A stretch of DNA of 64,000 nt, taken from assembly GCA_963846815.1 (NCBI GenBank), contig CAWJXG010000002.1, positions 457,799-521,798 of the forward strand, in the 5' to 3' direction. A program made the translations under genes and the position numbers. This stretch comes from an uncultured Acidobacteriaceae bacterium. GTDB lineage: Bacteria > Acidobacteriota > Terriglobia > Terriglobales > Acidobacteriaceae. The notes below the pieces were generated by a model. The model did not search any database. It was not told the DNA's origin and saw only the letters and a list, made by a program, of their open reading frames with translations. Shown piece after piece: positions 63,498 through 64,000 of the stretch. The first letter of the stretch is position 1. The number at the start of each line of letters is the position of its first letter.

Positions 63498-64000
63498 TCA
63501 GGCGATGCGCGGCAAATTCAGCTTGTCCTCAAGTTCCCGGAGGCGCCGGCGGTCGAGTTCCTGCGAAAAAAGCCTGCCCGCGTCGAGGAATCGCTCAATG
63601 CTCAACCGGAGGGCGCGGCGCAGCTCAGGCTGCTCGACCTGCAATCCCGCCCAGTGCAACCGACGCACAACATGCAAGACGACGGCAGGATTCTCGGCTG
63701 CCGCGTAGCGGATAGGATCAAGCAAATCGTCGACCAGGGCCTGCATGTCCAACGCCTTGGCGACGACTCTCAGGTGACCGTCCTCATCGCGGCAGTAGTT
63801 GGAAGGCCATTGCCGCGTTCCCAGCCGGACCAAACTGGCGACCAGCCGTTCGATGGCGTCGCTGGCGGCGCCAATCGCATTGATCGCCGGAGACAGCGAC
63901 CGTACCGCGATCAGGCTGAGTTGCTGAAAGCCAAAGCCTATGTCGCCCTCGTAGCTGCGCTGGTCTCCAACCGTCAGGCCCTCGCTTACCGGCAGGTGTA
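63498..64000 (-). CDS. DUF2254 domain protein (C-terminal part; gene continues past the window end)
   Basis: The minus-strand frame is open from the window edge: ...GDIGFGFQQLSLIAVRSLSPAINAIGAASDAIERLVASLVRLG... matches the DUF2254 pattern. The ORF-track entry 63498-63833 is only its 3' portion. Confidence 0.65.
   Translation of the reverse strand, partial: HLPVSEGLTVGDQRSYEGDIGFGFQQLSLIAVRSLSPAINAIGAASDAIERLVASLVRLGTRQWPSNYCRDEDGHLRVVAKALDMQALVDDLLDPIRYAAAENPAVVLHVVRRLHWAGLQVEQPELRRALRLSIERFLDAGRLFSQELDRRRLRELEDKLNLPRIA

Overview
High-GC bacterial chromosome segment, most plausibly Acidobacteriota (Terriglobia-like). That placement is inferred from an ADOP-type duplicated FtsX permease, a CarboxypepD_reg-type TonB receptor, a PEP-CTERM protein and lineage-typical hairpin repeats. 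The content is mostly housekeeping: two APC permeases, thiE, accB/accC, trpE/trpG, queA, rpmI-rplT, pheS/pheT, tldD/pmbA, gdhA, pgsA, lexA, trxA and lutC-lutBA. The replication-origin neighbourhood lies at about 53.6-58.0 kb, with rpmH-rnpA-yidD-yidC-jag on the minus strand diverging from dnaA-dnaN on the plus strand. There are two tRNAs (His-GTG, Pro-TGG) and one cobalamin riboswitch in front of a TonB-dependent receptor. I saw no rRNA and no CRISPR array. Accessory content is small but informative. (i) An IS1595-family element carrying a DUF4145 gene plus a coupled micro-ORF splits pheS from pheT. (ii) A decayed integrative element sits at tRNA-Pro, with a 46-bp duplicated tRNA 3' end, an integrase N-terminal relic, and an AT-rich SDR gene that replaced a native SDR beside its TetR regulator. 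(iii) An IS481 relic and a four-helix-bundle gene flanked by 50-bp direct repeats lie between trpE and trpG. (iv) An orphan 511-aa protein has a C-terminal PD-(D/E)xK nuclease-like motif. (v) A ~1300-aa secreted G8/beta-helix protein is present. (vi) Several families of intergenic hairpin and heptamer repeats occur. I did not find a clear multi-gene novel system. The best candidates for undescribed biology are the IS cargo pair and the orphan nuclease-like protein. All calls rest on reading translations and motifs by eye; no searches were run.
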